Assembly (NCBI GenBank): GCA_037137395.1
Contig: JBAXKK010000051.1
Span: 1-18,561, forward strand
Direction: 5' to 3'
DNA: 18,561 bases
Source: Elusimicrobiota bacterium
GTDB taxonomy: Bacteria; Elusimicrobiota; Elusimicrobia; Elusimicrobiales; UBA9959
Under the pieces are notes generated by a model that made no database searches, was not told the origin of the DNA, and worked only from the letters and a program-made list of their open reading frames with translations. Of this stretch, positions 1-9,800 are shown in pieces (the stretch's first letter is position 1; each line of letters begins with the position of its first letter). The position numbers and the translations under genes were made by a program.

Positions 1-41
1 GGACCTCACCCCGTCTACTAGACCACTGCTGAGTTGTTAAA
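1..41. repeat. Terminal inverted repeat of the IS3-family element (transposase-distal end)
   Basis: GGACCTC-ACCCCGTCTACTAGACCACTGCTGAGTTGTTAAA aligns with the reverse complement of 1159-1200, GGACCTCCTCCCCGAAAACCGGACCAGTTGAAAGTTGTTAAA (about 30/42 identical by hand, one gap). Confidence 0.9.
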
Positions 42-881
42 TTCTACACTTCCTACTGCCCTCGCCGCAAACTCCAGCGGCGTTAAATCATCCAGCGAGC
101 TGTGCGGGCGGAACCCGTTATATTCGTTCCGCCACTCCTCGATAATCTCCCTTGCTTCCTCAAGGCTCATGAACCAGTGCTCATTCAGGCATTCGTTCCG
201 GAACTTGCCGTTGAAGCTTTCGATATACGCGTTCTGCGACGGTTTCCCTGGATCAATGAAGTCCAGCTTAACATGATTCTTAAACGCCCACTCATCGACA
301 GCCTTTGAAATGAACTCAGGGCCGTTATCCATCCGTATAGCGGCCGGCAGCCCGCGCAAATCCTTAAGCCGGTCCAACACTTCTACAACACCGACACCGC
401 GGATAGATTTGTCGACTTTTATGGCAAGACATTCCCGGGTAAAGTCATCAACGATGTTGAGGCACTTTAACTTCCGGCAGTTATAGAGAGCATCATGGAC
501 AAAGTCCATAGACCAACACTGATCCGCCGCCGTCGGAGCCGGGAGCGGGATTCTAGGTGCCGCCCTGAACTTCTTACGCGATCGCCGCCTCAGGCTCAGC
601 TTTAAAACCTTATAGTAAATCCGTTCAGTCCGCTTATGGTTCTTAACCAGCTTTTCCCGCTTCACTACGCTGTGAATCATGGCCGCGCCCCAGCGCTTCT
701 TTTTTCTGGCGAGTTCAATGATGCGCGCCGTTAGGGCGGTGTCGTCACGCCCTATCGCCTTATAGTAAAGCGTTGATCGCCAGAGGCAGATCAACCCGGA
801 GGCCCTTCTGTAGCTGAGTCCGAAGGTATCCCTGATAACAACCAGAGCGGCCTTTTTAGCCTTGGACCCTACCAGTTTTTT
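18..881 (-). CDS. IS3-family transposase OrfB (integrase-core DDE domain), made as an OrfAB frameshift fusion
   Basis: WSMDF...MDNGPEF...QNAYIESFNG gives a DD(35)E triad. The frame is open upstream of the ORF-track start (794) to the A6 run and reads KKLVGSKAKKAALVVIRDTFGLSYRRASGLICLWRST, typical of IS407-type OrfB. Confidence 0.93.
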   Translation of the reverse strand, partial: KKLVGSKAKKAALVVIRDTFGLSYRRASGLICLWRSTLYYKAIGRDDTALTARIIELARKKKRWGAAMIHSVVKREKLVKNHKRTERIYYKVLKLSLRRRSRKKFRAAPRIPLPAPTAADQCWSMDFVHDALYNCRKLKCLNIVDDFTRECLAIKVDKSIRGVGVVEVLDRLKDLRGLPAAIRMDNGPEFISKAVDEWAFKNHVKLDFIDPGKPSQNAYIESFNGKFRNECLNEHWFMSLEEAREIIEEWRNEYNGFRPHSSLDDLTPLEFAARAVGSVEFNNSAVV

Positions 882-1135
882 GAGTTTATCAGCTTAAGCG
901 CCTGGTTATCCAGGGTCAGATCGGCCACGATCTGTTTAAGCCGCCTGTTTTCGTCCTCAAGGCACCGGAGTCGCCTGACGTCGCTGACCTCCATACCGGC
1001 GTATTTCTGCCGCCAGTTATAGAACGTATTGGTACTTACGTTATATTTGCGGCACAGGTCTTCTGTCTTGATGCCGGTTTGCGCCTCTTTAAGGATGCCG
1101 ACTATCTGTTCTTCTGTGAACCTCTTTTTTGCCAT
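869..1135 (-). CDS. IS3-family transposase OrfA (HTH + coiled coil)
   Basis: MAKKRFTEEQIVGILKE...LCRKYNVSTNTFYNWRQKY...LEDENRRLKQIVADLTLD...KNW. GGAGG RBS upstream on the minus strand (1145-1149). Confidence 0.95.
   Translation of the reverse strand: MAKKRFTEEQIVGILKEAQTGIKTEDLCRKYNVSTNTFYNWRQKYAGMEVSDVRRLRCLEDENRRLKQIVADLTLDNQALKLINSKNW
875..881 (-). other. -1 programmed ribosomal frameshift site A AAA AAC
   Basis: Minus strand reads TCA AAA AAC TGG TAG in OrfA and AAA AAA CTG GTA in the OrfB frame. This is the established IS3-family mechanism. Confidence 0.85.
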
Positions 1136-1158
1136 ACCAGTTGCCCTCCATGGGATAT

Positions 1159-1200
1159 TTTAACAACTTTCAACTGGTCCGGTTTTCGGGGAGGAGGTCC
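1159..1200. repeat. Terminal inverted repeat of the IS3-family element (upstream of orfA)
   Basis: Reverse complement matches 1-41. The similarity starts with GGACCTC at 1200. Confidence 0.9.
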
Positions 1201-1940
1201 CCGGAACCAACGACTTCGTCCGAATATTTTTACAACTCAGCCTCATTGCGCATGAACTCGCCCATCCATTCATTGGCAGGATGCGTCACAAAAGCTGTCC
1301 TACTACACCACCCACATCGGACCCATTCCAGCGCAATGTCAGGAATTTGACAAGATTAATGATCGATGAATATTTCGCGGATATAATCTCTGATATCATT
1401 GTCGGGATATCATCCAAAAGTGTCAGTTCCGACGGAAAGACATCCCTGCATGTTTGGGACATCTTTGGGGGAAACCATCTAAGCTCCATCAAAACCTACC
1501 TTTCGGAAGGATGCACCGAAATCCCCAATTATGTGGCCGAATATAAAGCCAATAAGATTTCGTATGAGACAATGTGGGAAAAGGCAATGTCTTCAATCTT
1601 TCACTTATTCACCCAATATATTCATGCAAGAGCTTTTGCAGACTGTATGCCAACTGAAATCCTTATATTTGACTCCCCCGAAGTAAAATCGCTCCCTTTC
1701 GTCCAGAAATACATCCCTAAATCATTGTCTGACTTTTTACAGCAACTTAGGAATTATCCAGCCAAGATGACCCTAATAGAATGGCGGGACATGGAAACCA
1801 AATTATTCCCTTTAGGGGAAAAGTGTTTCTCGGAAATATGGGATCGCTTAGAAGCGCCCAAAACCCCAAAGCCGCCAGAGGCACCCTTATTCCTACGATT
1901 ACTTTCATATCTACTTAAACAGGAAGGGGGGCATGCCTAA
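1201..1940 (+). pseudogene. 5'-truncated HExxH (zincin-like) metallopeptidase-domain gene, interrupted by the IS3-family element
   Basis: The frame of ORF 1281..1940 is open back to the IS junction and reads GTNDFVRIFLQLSLIAHELAHPFIGRM. HELAH is at 1251-1265, and a candidate third ligand motif EYFAD lies about 35 aa downstream (E at 1368). Confidence 0.65.
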
Positions 1941-1965
1941 GTGGGAGAAGCTAGGGGATAGACTA

Positions 1966-2010
1966 TTTACGCTCGTATAGCATTGCTATATATTTGCGAA
2001 GTAATATAAA
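1966..2010 (+). promoter_or_regulatory. Candidate sigma70 promoter(s) of the BREX operon, with an overlapping palindrome
   Basis: TTTACG(1966)-N17-TATATT(1989) and TTGCTA(1983)-N16-TATAAA(2005). The palindrome TATAGCA-T-TGCTATA lies at 1976-1990, in an AT-rich intergenic gap. Confidence 0.45.
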
Positions 2011-2102
2011 AAGTAGCGCCCGGTAGTTTAAAGATGTAAAATTTAAACATGGGGTCGGCATTTTTCTGATAATCCAGCCCTTTAATCGCTTTGCTTATAA
2101 AT

Positions 2103-2900
2103 ATGATGCACGACTCTGAGCTCTATACTGACAACAACAAAGAAAAACTTACCTCTTTTGGCATCAAGCTGGACCAGCGCGGGGCACACTCCAGTCGCAC
2201 TTTGATGTTGACGGAAATTGCATCTTTGCTTCATGCCACTCCCAGAAATTCCACTGCGGAAGTATATCGGGACGCGATAGTTGCCCAAAATGTTCTCAAT
2301 AAGGCCACTACGGCCACCCGAATAGAGTCTTACGAGCGGCTTAGTGTTCTATATGGCCTTTCCACGTGTCCGCCAATACATTCAATTTACAGAAGCCTTG
2401 TCGAAATAGATCCGGCTTCCCTGCCACTTCTATCTTTTTTGTTAGCTTGGGGCCGCGACTCGCAACTCAGGGGAACAACCGAGGCGATATCTTCCGCAGC
2501 CCCTGGTACTTTAGTGAAATCCCAAATGCTGGAAGTAGCTTTAAAAGCTTTCGCGCAGAATCAGTACGGAGATGGCACAATTTCCAGAATCGCATCAAAT
2601 GCGATTTCTTCCTGGACACAAGCAGGCTACCTCACCGGCAGGGTAAAGAAAACCCGCCAAGCAATAAAGCCCACCCCTGCCGTAATCACCTTGGCTTTAA
2701 TTATCAGCGATGTTGCAGGCTTCCACGGGGCACAGGCCTTTACTTCGCCCTGGTGCCGTCTATTAGACTTGACGGCTTCCACCGCCAGCACGTTAGCTTC
2801 TCAGGCACATGGGATGGGCTTTATAACACTTAGATCTTCCGGGGCCGTGGTTGAACTTAGTTTCCCAAAATTCTCTGAAACAATGCAAAACACCTTATGA
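2103..2900 (+). CDS. BREX-associated protein in the BrxA position (BrxA-like, putative DNA-binding)
   Basis: First gene of the operon, ATGA-coupled to brxB. It contains the segment AIVAQNVLNKATTATRIESYERL, reminiscent of BrxA-type proteins, and ends in a helical/winged-helix-like region. The start is uncertain (TTG 2091, ATG 2103 or ATG 2106). Confidence 0.65.
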   Translation: MMHDSELYTDNNKEKLTSFGIKLDQRGAHSSRTLMLTEIASLLHATPRNSTAEVYRDAIVAQNVLNKATTATRIESYERLSVLYGLSTCPPIHSIYRSLVEIDPASLPLLSFLLAWGRDSQLRGTTEAISSAAPGTLVKSQMLEVALKAFAQNQYGDGTISRIASNAISSWTQAGYLTGRVKKTRQAIKPTPAVITLALIISDVAGFHGAQAFTSPWCRLLDLTASTASTLASQAHGMGFITLRSSGAVVELSFPKFSETMQNTL

Positions 2901-3451
2901 GCCAAATAGACAATTTGCTATCGAACTATAAAGATTTTATTGCCCTTCCCTGGGCGGATAAAATCCATGGGGCTCAAAAAGTATTATTTGCCGTCTATCC
3001 GCCCACGGAAGAACGCAGACTTCGCACTAAAATGCCCGAGTTCGAGATTGTCACACGCGATACCAAACGGGAATGGCACCTTGTCGATCTAACGAATTGT
3101 CCAGCAGAGTGGCTTGGCGAACACGAATACAAGGACGGCTACTTCGCAGACCCTTCAGCTGTTGAGAACATTAACCACGAGTTAAAAGAAAAACTTGTTT
3201 CGCTCTTAACAAAGGAATGCGACTCGCATAATGGCCCGGACACTGTGCTTGCTATTCTTGGTATCGGCAGCCTATTCGGGTTTATCCATATCTCCAGTGT
3301 TCTCACAGAATTAGATAATAAGATCAAAGGCCGCTTATTGGTGTTTTTTCCCGGAGTCTATGAACAGAACCGTTATAGGTTCCTGGACGCACGGGACGGA
3401 TTTAATTATATGGCAATGCCCATCACCTGTGAAGAAAGGATGAAAATATGA
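2897..3451 (+). CDS. brxB: BREX protein BrxB (DUF1788)
   Basis: 184 aa with VYPPTEE, GIGSLFGF, LLVFFPGVY and a C-terminal NYMA, typical of DUF1788. Located directly before brxC. Confidence 0.88.
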   Translation: MSQIDNLLSNYKDFIALPWADKIHGAQKVLFAVYPPTEERRLRTKMPEFEIVTRDTKREWHLVDLTNCPAEWLGEHEYKDGYFADPSAVENINHELKEKLVSLLTKECDSHNGPDTVLAILGIGSLFGFIHISSVLTELDNKIKGRLLVFFPGVYEQNRYRFLDARDGFNYMAMPITCEERMKI

Positions 3452-6400
3452 AGAATAAAGAAGTTTACCTCAAAAATCCTGACTCTTTTGAATTGGTAAA
3501 CAATGGTGTTTCCAAGCTGGCGGAGATGGATGGGGATGCCCAGCAGTTGAAAACGCTAAGGTTTGAACTTGAAAATTTTGTCTGTTCCGGAGAATACGCC
3601 CGCGGACTGGAGCGCATATTGAATGCCTACCTCGGCGGAATGAATAAGCTAGAGCAACAGGCAGTCTGGGTCAGCGGCTTTTTTGGTAGTGGCAAATCTC
3701 ACCTTGTTAAAATGCTCCGGTACATGTGGGTAGACTACAAATTCCCCGACGGTGCCTCGGCAAGTTCCCTTGCTCATATAACTCCAGACATAAAAGCAGC
3801 TTTGATCGAGCTTTCAAACCGCGCAAAGAAATATGGGGAATTAAGAGCTGTCGGTGGGACCTTAGGCGCTGGCAACACTGATGATGTAAGATTGGCATTC
3901 CTGCAACTTATTTTCAAGGCAGAGGGGCTTCCGCAGAGCCTCGCAGCCGCCAAGTTTGTTCTTTGGCTTAAACAGAACAGTTATCTCGCCCCTGTCATTG
4001 CCCATATAAAGAAAAACAAAAAGAACCCAGAAAGTGAGCTTCCACACTTTGCTGTATCTACTGTAATTGCAGAAGCTTTATTAAATCTTGATCCAAAATT
4101 CAACACAATTTCAAACACCCAGCAAGCACTTCGGCATCAATTCGTAAAAGAATCACCCACTATCGATGAGGTTATGCAGTTGATCCACCAGATATTCGCA
4201 GTAAATGATGTAATGCCCTGCACGCTGATAGTGATCGATGAAATCCAGCAATTTATCGGCGGCGAGGTTAAACGCGCCATGGACGTGCAGGAATTGGTGG
4301 AGAGGTGTTCTCAAAAGTTCAACAGCCGCCTGCTCATAGTCGGCACCGGGCAATCCGCTCTTACAGGAACCCCCAATCTGCAAAGGTTGCAGGCCAGGTT
4401 CACAGTTAAAGTGCCGCTGAATGACACCGACGTGGAGAATGTAATCAGGCAGACAGTGCTTGCAAAAAACCAAACCCACACGAAAGATATTGAAAAAGTT
4501 ATACAAGCTAATCAGGGCGAGATAAGCAGACACCTGCAGAATACCCGCATAGCCCCTACCGCCGACGACGATAAATATTATGTTCCGGACTATCCCTTAC
4601 TGCCGGCCCGCCGCAGGTTTTGGGAAAGACTTCTGCGGAACGTGGACTCCACTGGCACCACCGCGCAGCTTAGAACGCAATTAAGGATAGTCTATGACGC
4701 GGTAAAGCACACCGCCAACATGGAACTTGGTCAGGTTGTGCCCGGCGATTATATCTACGACCAGATTGCAGTGGACTTGTTAAATTCTGGAATACTTTTA
4801 AAAGAATACCACGAAACCATAATGCGCCAGCGTGAGGAGAAGGACGGCGATCTTAAATCCCGTCTATGCGCCCTGGTATTTCTCATCCATAAATTACCCC
4901 GCCAAGCGGGGGCCGATGATGCTGTTCGTGCTACGGTAGAAACATTGGCAGACCTTCTTGTTCAAGACCTTTCCAAAGACGGCTCGACACTGCGCTCGAA
5001 ATTGCCTGGGCTCCTTGGAGACCTAGTTAAACAAGGCAAGTTGATGTTGCTGGAGGGCAACGAATACCACCTGCAAACCCGTGAGAGTGCGGCCTGGAAC
5101 AATGATTTCTCCCGCAACCGCACTAGGATACTGAATGATGAGTCACATCTAAGTTCCGAACGCGAAGAGTGTTTCCGCACCTCCATGGAAAGCGTTTTTC
5201 GGGGCGTTAGGCTTCAGCAGGGCTTAAGCCTGGAGCCGCGCGATATTGAAACATCTTTTTCCAACACCCAGCCTTCACAGCCTGCCGACAAAGTCCTTTT
5301 CTGGATACGCCACGGTTGGGCCGAAGACCGGAAAACAGTATTGGACGACGCCAGGAGGGCCGGGCAAAGCAACCCAATGCTCTACGTGTTCCTGCCTCGT
5401 GAGCGCCATGATGAATTTAAACAGGCAATAGCCACTATGCTAGCCGCTAAAGACACTATTGAACACCATGGCGTACCATCAACGGCTGAAGCTATTCAGG
5501 CCAAAAACGCCATACAAACGCATTATGAAACTGCAAAGCAAAAGGTTCAAGAATGTGTATCTGAAATCCTTGAGAAAGCGGAAGTCCTTTTAGGCGGGGG
5601 GAGTAACGCCAATGGTGTGCAACTCATTGACAAATTAAAGGACGCTGGCAATAATGCTGTTATTCGCATGTACCCTAAGTTTTCTGACGCAGATAACCCT
5701 GGCTGGGCTAATGTGCATAAAAAGGCCAAGGTTGGCGATAATGGGGCACTAGGCGCCATTAATTACGCCGGGAACCCGACCGACCATCCTGTTTGCAAAC
5801 AAATTTACGCTTCTATTGGCTCCGGCAAAAAAGGCAAAGAGGTAAGAGAGCTGTTTACCACCACCCCTTATGGCTGGCAGCAGGATGCTATTGATGCAGC
5901 GCTGACGGTTTTAACCTTAAGTGGCAATCTTAAAGCCGTAAGTAATGGCCAGCCGATGAAGGTGGCTGATTTGGATCACACTAAAATATCCAATATTGTT
6001 TTTTCAGTGGCCGTCCCGGCCCTCAGCACGACTCAAAAGGTAGAGCTACGTGCCCTTTTTCAGAAATTGGACGTAAAGACAAATTCAGGTAATGAGTCCA
6101 GTTCTGCTGGAACTTTTCTCGAAAGGTTAAGAGAGTTGGCAGATACTTCCGGCGGCTCAGCCCCGCGGCCGGAGACCCCCGACGCAGCAATTATCGGAGA
6201 GCTCCAGTCAAAGAGCGACAATGAGCAGCTTTTATGCATCCATCAGCAAAAGGCTGACATTGAGAAGAAGATAAAAGACTGGAAAGATTTGGCTCATAAG
6301 ATAAGCCTTCGTTTCCCAAAATGGGAGAAACTAAATCTTCTCTGCAATCTTGCTGCGGACTTGCAAGACTCGAAAGATGTTTGCACGGCACTTGGGGCTA

Positions 6401-6885
6401 TTGAATCAGGGCGTTCTTTGCTTGTAGATCCCGACCCCATCCCGCCGCTCATGCAAAAGCTTGTAAATGCTGCGCGCCATGCCATAAACGAGGTGCATAC
6501 AAAGCTTGGCACTGAGCATACGGAAGAGACCTCCCGCCTTGAAAAGAATGAAATATGGAAGAAGCTTTCTCAGCCGCAGAGGGACCAGATATTTGCGGCC
6601 AATGGTTTGGCGGCGCCAACTGCGCTAAAAGTATCAACCGAGGACGAGGTTATAGCGACCCTCCAATCCGCCTCGCTTGAGAACCGGCGCACTTTAATTC
6701 AGGCCTTGCCTCAGAAATTCCGTTCTGCCTTGGAAGAAGCATCAAAACTACTTGAGCCTAAAGCCTCCACTGTTAAACTTCCCTTTGCCACGGTACGCAA
6801 TGCTGAAGAGCTGGATAAATGGATAGGGGATGTGAAAAAGACTGTTAACGACAAACTTAAGGACGGGCCAGTAATATTAGGCTAA
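3448..6885 (+). CDS. brxC: BREX P-loop ATPase BrxC
   Basis: 1145 aa with Walker A (WVSGFFGSGKSH), Walker B (LIVIDE), GTGQ, YPLLP and PYGW motifs, in BREX gene order. Confidence 0.93.
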   Translation: MKNKEVYLKNPDSFELVNNGVSKLAEMDGDAQQLKTLRFELENFVCSGEYARGLERILNAYLGGMNKLEQQAVWVSGFFGSGKSHLVKMLRYMWVDYKFPDGASASSLAHITPDIKAALIELSNRAKKYGELRAVGGTLGAGNTDDVRLAFLQLIFKAEGLPQSLAAAKFVLWLKQNSYLAPVIAHIKKNKKNPESELPHFAVSTVIAEALLNLDPKFNTISNTQQALRHQFVKESPTIDEVMQLIHQIFAVNDVMPCTLIVIDEIQQFIGGEVKRAMDVQELVERCSQKFNSRLLIVGTGQSALTGTPNLQRLQARFTVKVPLNDTDVENVIRQTVLAKNQTHTKDIEKVIQANQGEISRHLQNTRIAPTADDDKYYVPDYPLLPARRRFWERLLRNVDSTGTTAQLRTQLRIVYDAVKHTANMELGQVVPGDYIYDQIAVDLLNSGILLKEYHETIMRQREEKDGDLKSRLCALVFLIHKLPRQAGADDAVRATVETLADLLVQDLSKDGSTLRSKLPGLLGDLVKQGKLMLLEGNEYHLQTRESAAWNNDFSRNRTRILNDESHLSSEREECFRTSMESVFRGVRLQQGLSLEPRDIETSFSNTQPSQPADKVLFWIRHGWAEDRKTVLDDARRAGQSNPMLYVFLPRERHDEFKQAIATMLAAKDTIEHHGVPSTAEAIQAKNAIQTHYETAKQKVQECVSEILEKAEVLLGGGSNANGVQLIDKLKDAGNNAVIRMYPKFSDADNPGWANVHKKAKVGDNGALGAINYAGNPTDHPVCKQIYASIGSGKKGKEVRELFTTTPYGWQQDAIDAALTVLTLSGNLKAVSNGQPMKVADLDHTKISNIVFSVAVPALSTTQKVELRALFQKLDVKTNSGNESSSAGTFLERLRELADTSGGSAPRPETPDAAIIGELQSKSDNEQLLCIHQQKADIEKKIKDWKDLAHKISLRFPKWEKLNLLCNLAADLQDSKDVCTALGAIESGRSLLVDPDPIPPLMQKLVNAARHAINEVHTKLGTEHTEETSRLEKNEIWKKLSQPQRDQIFAANGLAAPTALKVSTEDEVIATLQSASLENRRTLIQALPQKFRSALEEASKLLEPKASTVKLPFATVRNAEELDKWIGDVKKTVNDKLKDGPVILG

Positions 6886-6888
6886 ACC

Positions 6889-9800
6889 ATGTTTTTATCT
6901 AAAGAACAGCGCAACCAACTCTCACGCATAGTCCTTGAGGCCCGCGACGTTGCGGAGCAGGCCGCTACCAAGGCGCTTTGTTCTATTGGCGTACATGAGC
7001 CGGATGCTTACGGCCATTTATCCGAGGAGCAGCGCATTTTAAGGCGCGCGCTCCGTGCCCAGGCCCGCCAATTAGGCGACACTGAGGACGTTTCCAAACG
7101 CGGCCGTTACCATATAAAGAAGCTTTCAGAGAAATGCGCCTATGACCATTGGCATAGGATGCTTTTTGCCCGCATCCTTGCCGAGAATAATCTGCTTATA
7201 CACCCTGACAATGGCGCCAATGTGACCATGGAGGAGTGCCGGGAGCTGGCCGACGAGGGACTGGGGAAGAACGCCTGGGACGTTGCGCAACGCTTTGCCG
7301 CGCAGATATTACCGCAGGTGTTCCGCCCAGAGGACCCCGCAGGGAAAATAGCTTTCGCCCCGGAAGATCAAAAGAATCTAGAAGACCTTGTGCAATCTTT
7401 GCCGGCTGACACATTCAAAGCCGACGATACTTTGGGCTGGATGTACCAATTTTGGCAGGCAAAGAAAAAAGACCAGGTAAACGACACCGGCACAAAAATT
7501 GGGGCGGATGAACTACCCGCAGTAACTCAGCTTTTCACCGAAGACTATATGGTGCTTTTTCTTCTGCATAATAGTCTCGGCGCCTGGTGGCTTGGGAAAT
7601 TTGATTTAGAGAAAAAGCCTAGGCCGTCCAAAGAAGAAATACAAAAACGCTTCCCATATCTCCGCCTGAAGGAAGACGGGGTCCCAGCGGCTGGATGCTT
7701 TGAGGGTTGGCCCAGACACGCAAAAGAAATCAAGTTTCTAGACCCCTGCATGGGCAGCGGACACTTCCTCGTAGCAGCACTGCCAATACTTGTCCGCTTC
7801 CGGATGGAAGAAGAAGGGTTTTCCGAAGCAGATGCCTGCTCCGCAGTGCTTGGCGAAAATATTTTTGGGCTTGAATTAGATCCACGTTGCACGCAGATAG
7901 GGGCCTTTGCCGTAGCTGTCAAAGCCTGGAAGCTAGGAGGCTACCGCACGTTGCCGCAGCTTAACATTGCGTGTTCCGGCCTTGGTCTTAATGCTGCAAA
8001 AGAATCCTGGCTCAAATTGGCTGAGGGGGAAAACAAATACAGGTTTGGGATGGGCCAACTTTATGACCTTTTCCAGAAAGCCCCTATTTTGGGCAGTCTT
8101 ATTGATCCTAAAAATATTGAGTTGGGCTTTGCTGTTTTTCAAGAATTGCAACCGATATTAGACAAAGCTCTAAAGCGAGAAGAAGCGCGGCATGATGAAA
8201 ATGCAACAGAAATGGCAGTTGTAGCTAAAGGCATTGCGCAAGCAGCAGCAATACTTGCGGGCAAATACACATTAGTAGCCACAAATGTTCCATATTTAGG
8301 GCGTAGTAATCAGAATGAAGAATTAAGAGATTTTTCCACAAAATACTATCCGGACTCTAAAGCTGATCTTGCAACTTGCTTTATTGATAGAGCACTAGAG
8401 TTTTGTGGTGATAACTCTAGTATCGCCCTCGTTACGCCTCAGAACTGGCTTTTCCTTGGTGCCTACGCCAAGTTGCGTGTACGCCTTCTCAATTCAGAAT
8501 CCTGGAATTTCTTGGCAAAATTAGGAGCACACGCTTTTGAAACTATTGGGGGAGAAGTTGTGAATGTCTCATTGTTTTCAGTGACTAAGAATAACCCCAA
8601 CGATACACATGATTTTTTCTGCTTAGATGTTTCTGATTGTAAAACGGTCGAAGAAAAGAAAAAAACACTTTTAGAAAAGAATCTTTTCATAGACAGGCAG
8701 GCGCAGCAATTAGGCAATCCTGACGCAAGAATTGTATGTGAGCGTATTAAAACTGATGAACTTTTAAGCATGCATGCTAATAGCCTATGGGGCCTGAGAA
8801 CTGCTGATAATTTACAATTCCTGCGGAAATTTTGGGAACTTCCAGTCATTCATAGCGATTGGATATTTTTTCAAGGTTCAGTCGATTTATCTAGACATTA
8901 TGGTGGCAGAGAAGATGTTCTCCTTTGGGAAAATGGGGTTGGACGATTAAATCATTACTCGGAAATTGGTCTTGCAAGTTTGCAAGGCCAAGGGGTATGG
9001 GGAAAACGGGGAATTGCCGTAAGCCTTATGGGCAAGTTGCCAGCAACGATTTACACCGGGGAGGCTTTTGCCAATTCCGTTGCAGTAGTATGGCCAAAAA
9101 CGCCTGATGAATTATTGGCCTTTTGGGCATTTTGTTCATCAGACGAGTACTCAAAATTAGTTAGGCAGATTGACAGCAAGATGCTCGTAACGAATCAAAC
9201 ATTACTTAAAGTTGGATTTAATGCGGGATATTGGAAAAAGATTGCCTCGGAAAAGTATCCCAATGGTCTTCCTAAGCCACACTCAAGTGACCCGACCCAA
9301 TGGCTTTTTAATGGCCATCCCAAAGACTCATATAGCCCGCTACACGTCGCTGTTGCCAGACTTTTAGGTTACAAATGGCCGCGCCAGACAGGCTCAGAGT
9401 TCCTCGACTGCATAAAACTAAATTCTGATAGTTTGGAACAATATGCAGATGACGATGGAATCGTCTGCATTTCAGCTATTAAGGGAGAGCCACCGGCAGA
9501 AGAACGTCTTCGCGCATTATTAGCTGCTGCTTATGGTAAAGATTGGGGACCTGAGAAACAGGCAGAATTATTAGCCCAAGTAGATTATGCTGAAAGCACG
9601 CTCGAAGATTGGTTACGCAACGGTTTTTTTGCACAGCACTGCAAATTATTTATTCAAAGGCCTTTTATCTGGCATGTATGGGATGGACGTAAAGATGGTT
9701 TTAGCGCTTTAGTTCATTATCATCGGTTGGATAAACCCACTTTAGAGAAACTTGCATTCACGTATCTAGGTGATTGGATTTCCCGTCAGAAAGCCGCAGT

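Larger units (their letters stand above)
1..1200 (-). mobile_element. IS3-family insertion sequence (IS407-group-like), apparently complete
   Basis: Imperfect terminal inverted repeats at 1-41 and 1159-1200. OrfA (HTH) and OrfB (DDE) lie on the minus strand in a -1 relative frame, joined by an A AAA AAC slippery heptamer. Length 1.2 kb. Confidence 0.95.

Noticed and set aside
1188..1197. GGGGAGGAGG in the IS end as an RBS re-expressing the truncated peptidase
   Set aside because: No ATG, GTG or TTG at usable spacing downstream.
1129..1350. 73-aa ORF spanning the IS junction
   Set aside because: A chimeric chance frame across the IS end. The HExxH-containing frame explains the region better.
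2026..2053. dif-like XerD site (ATTTAAACAT)
   Set aside because: Poor match, with no partner XerC arm at 6-bp spacing.
2366..2833. 155-aa alternative-frame ORF inside the BrxA-position gene
   Set aside because: Fully nested, with no motif or clear RBS. The main frame is the one coupled to brxB.
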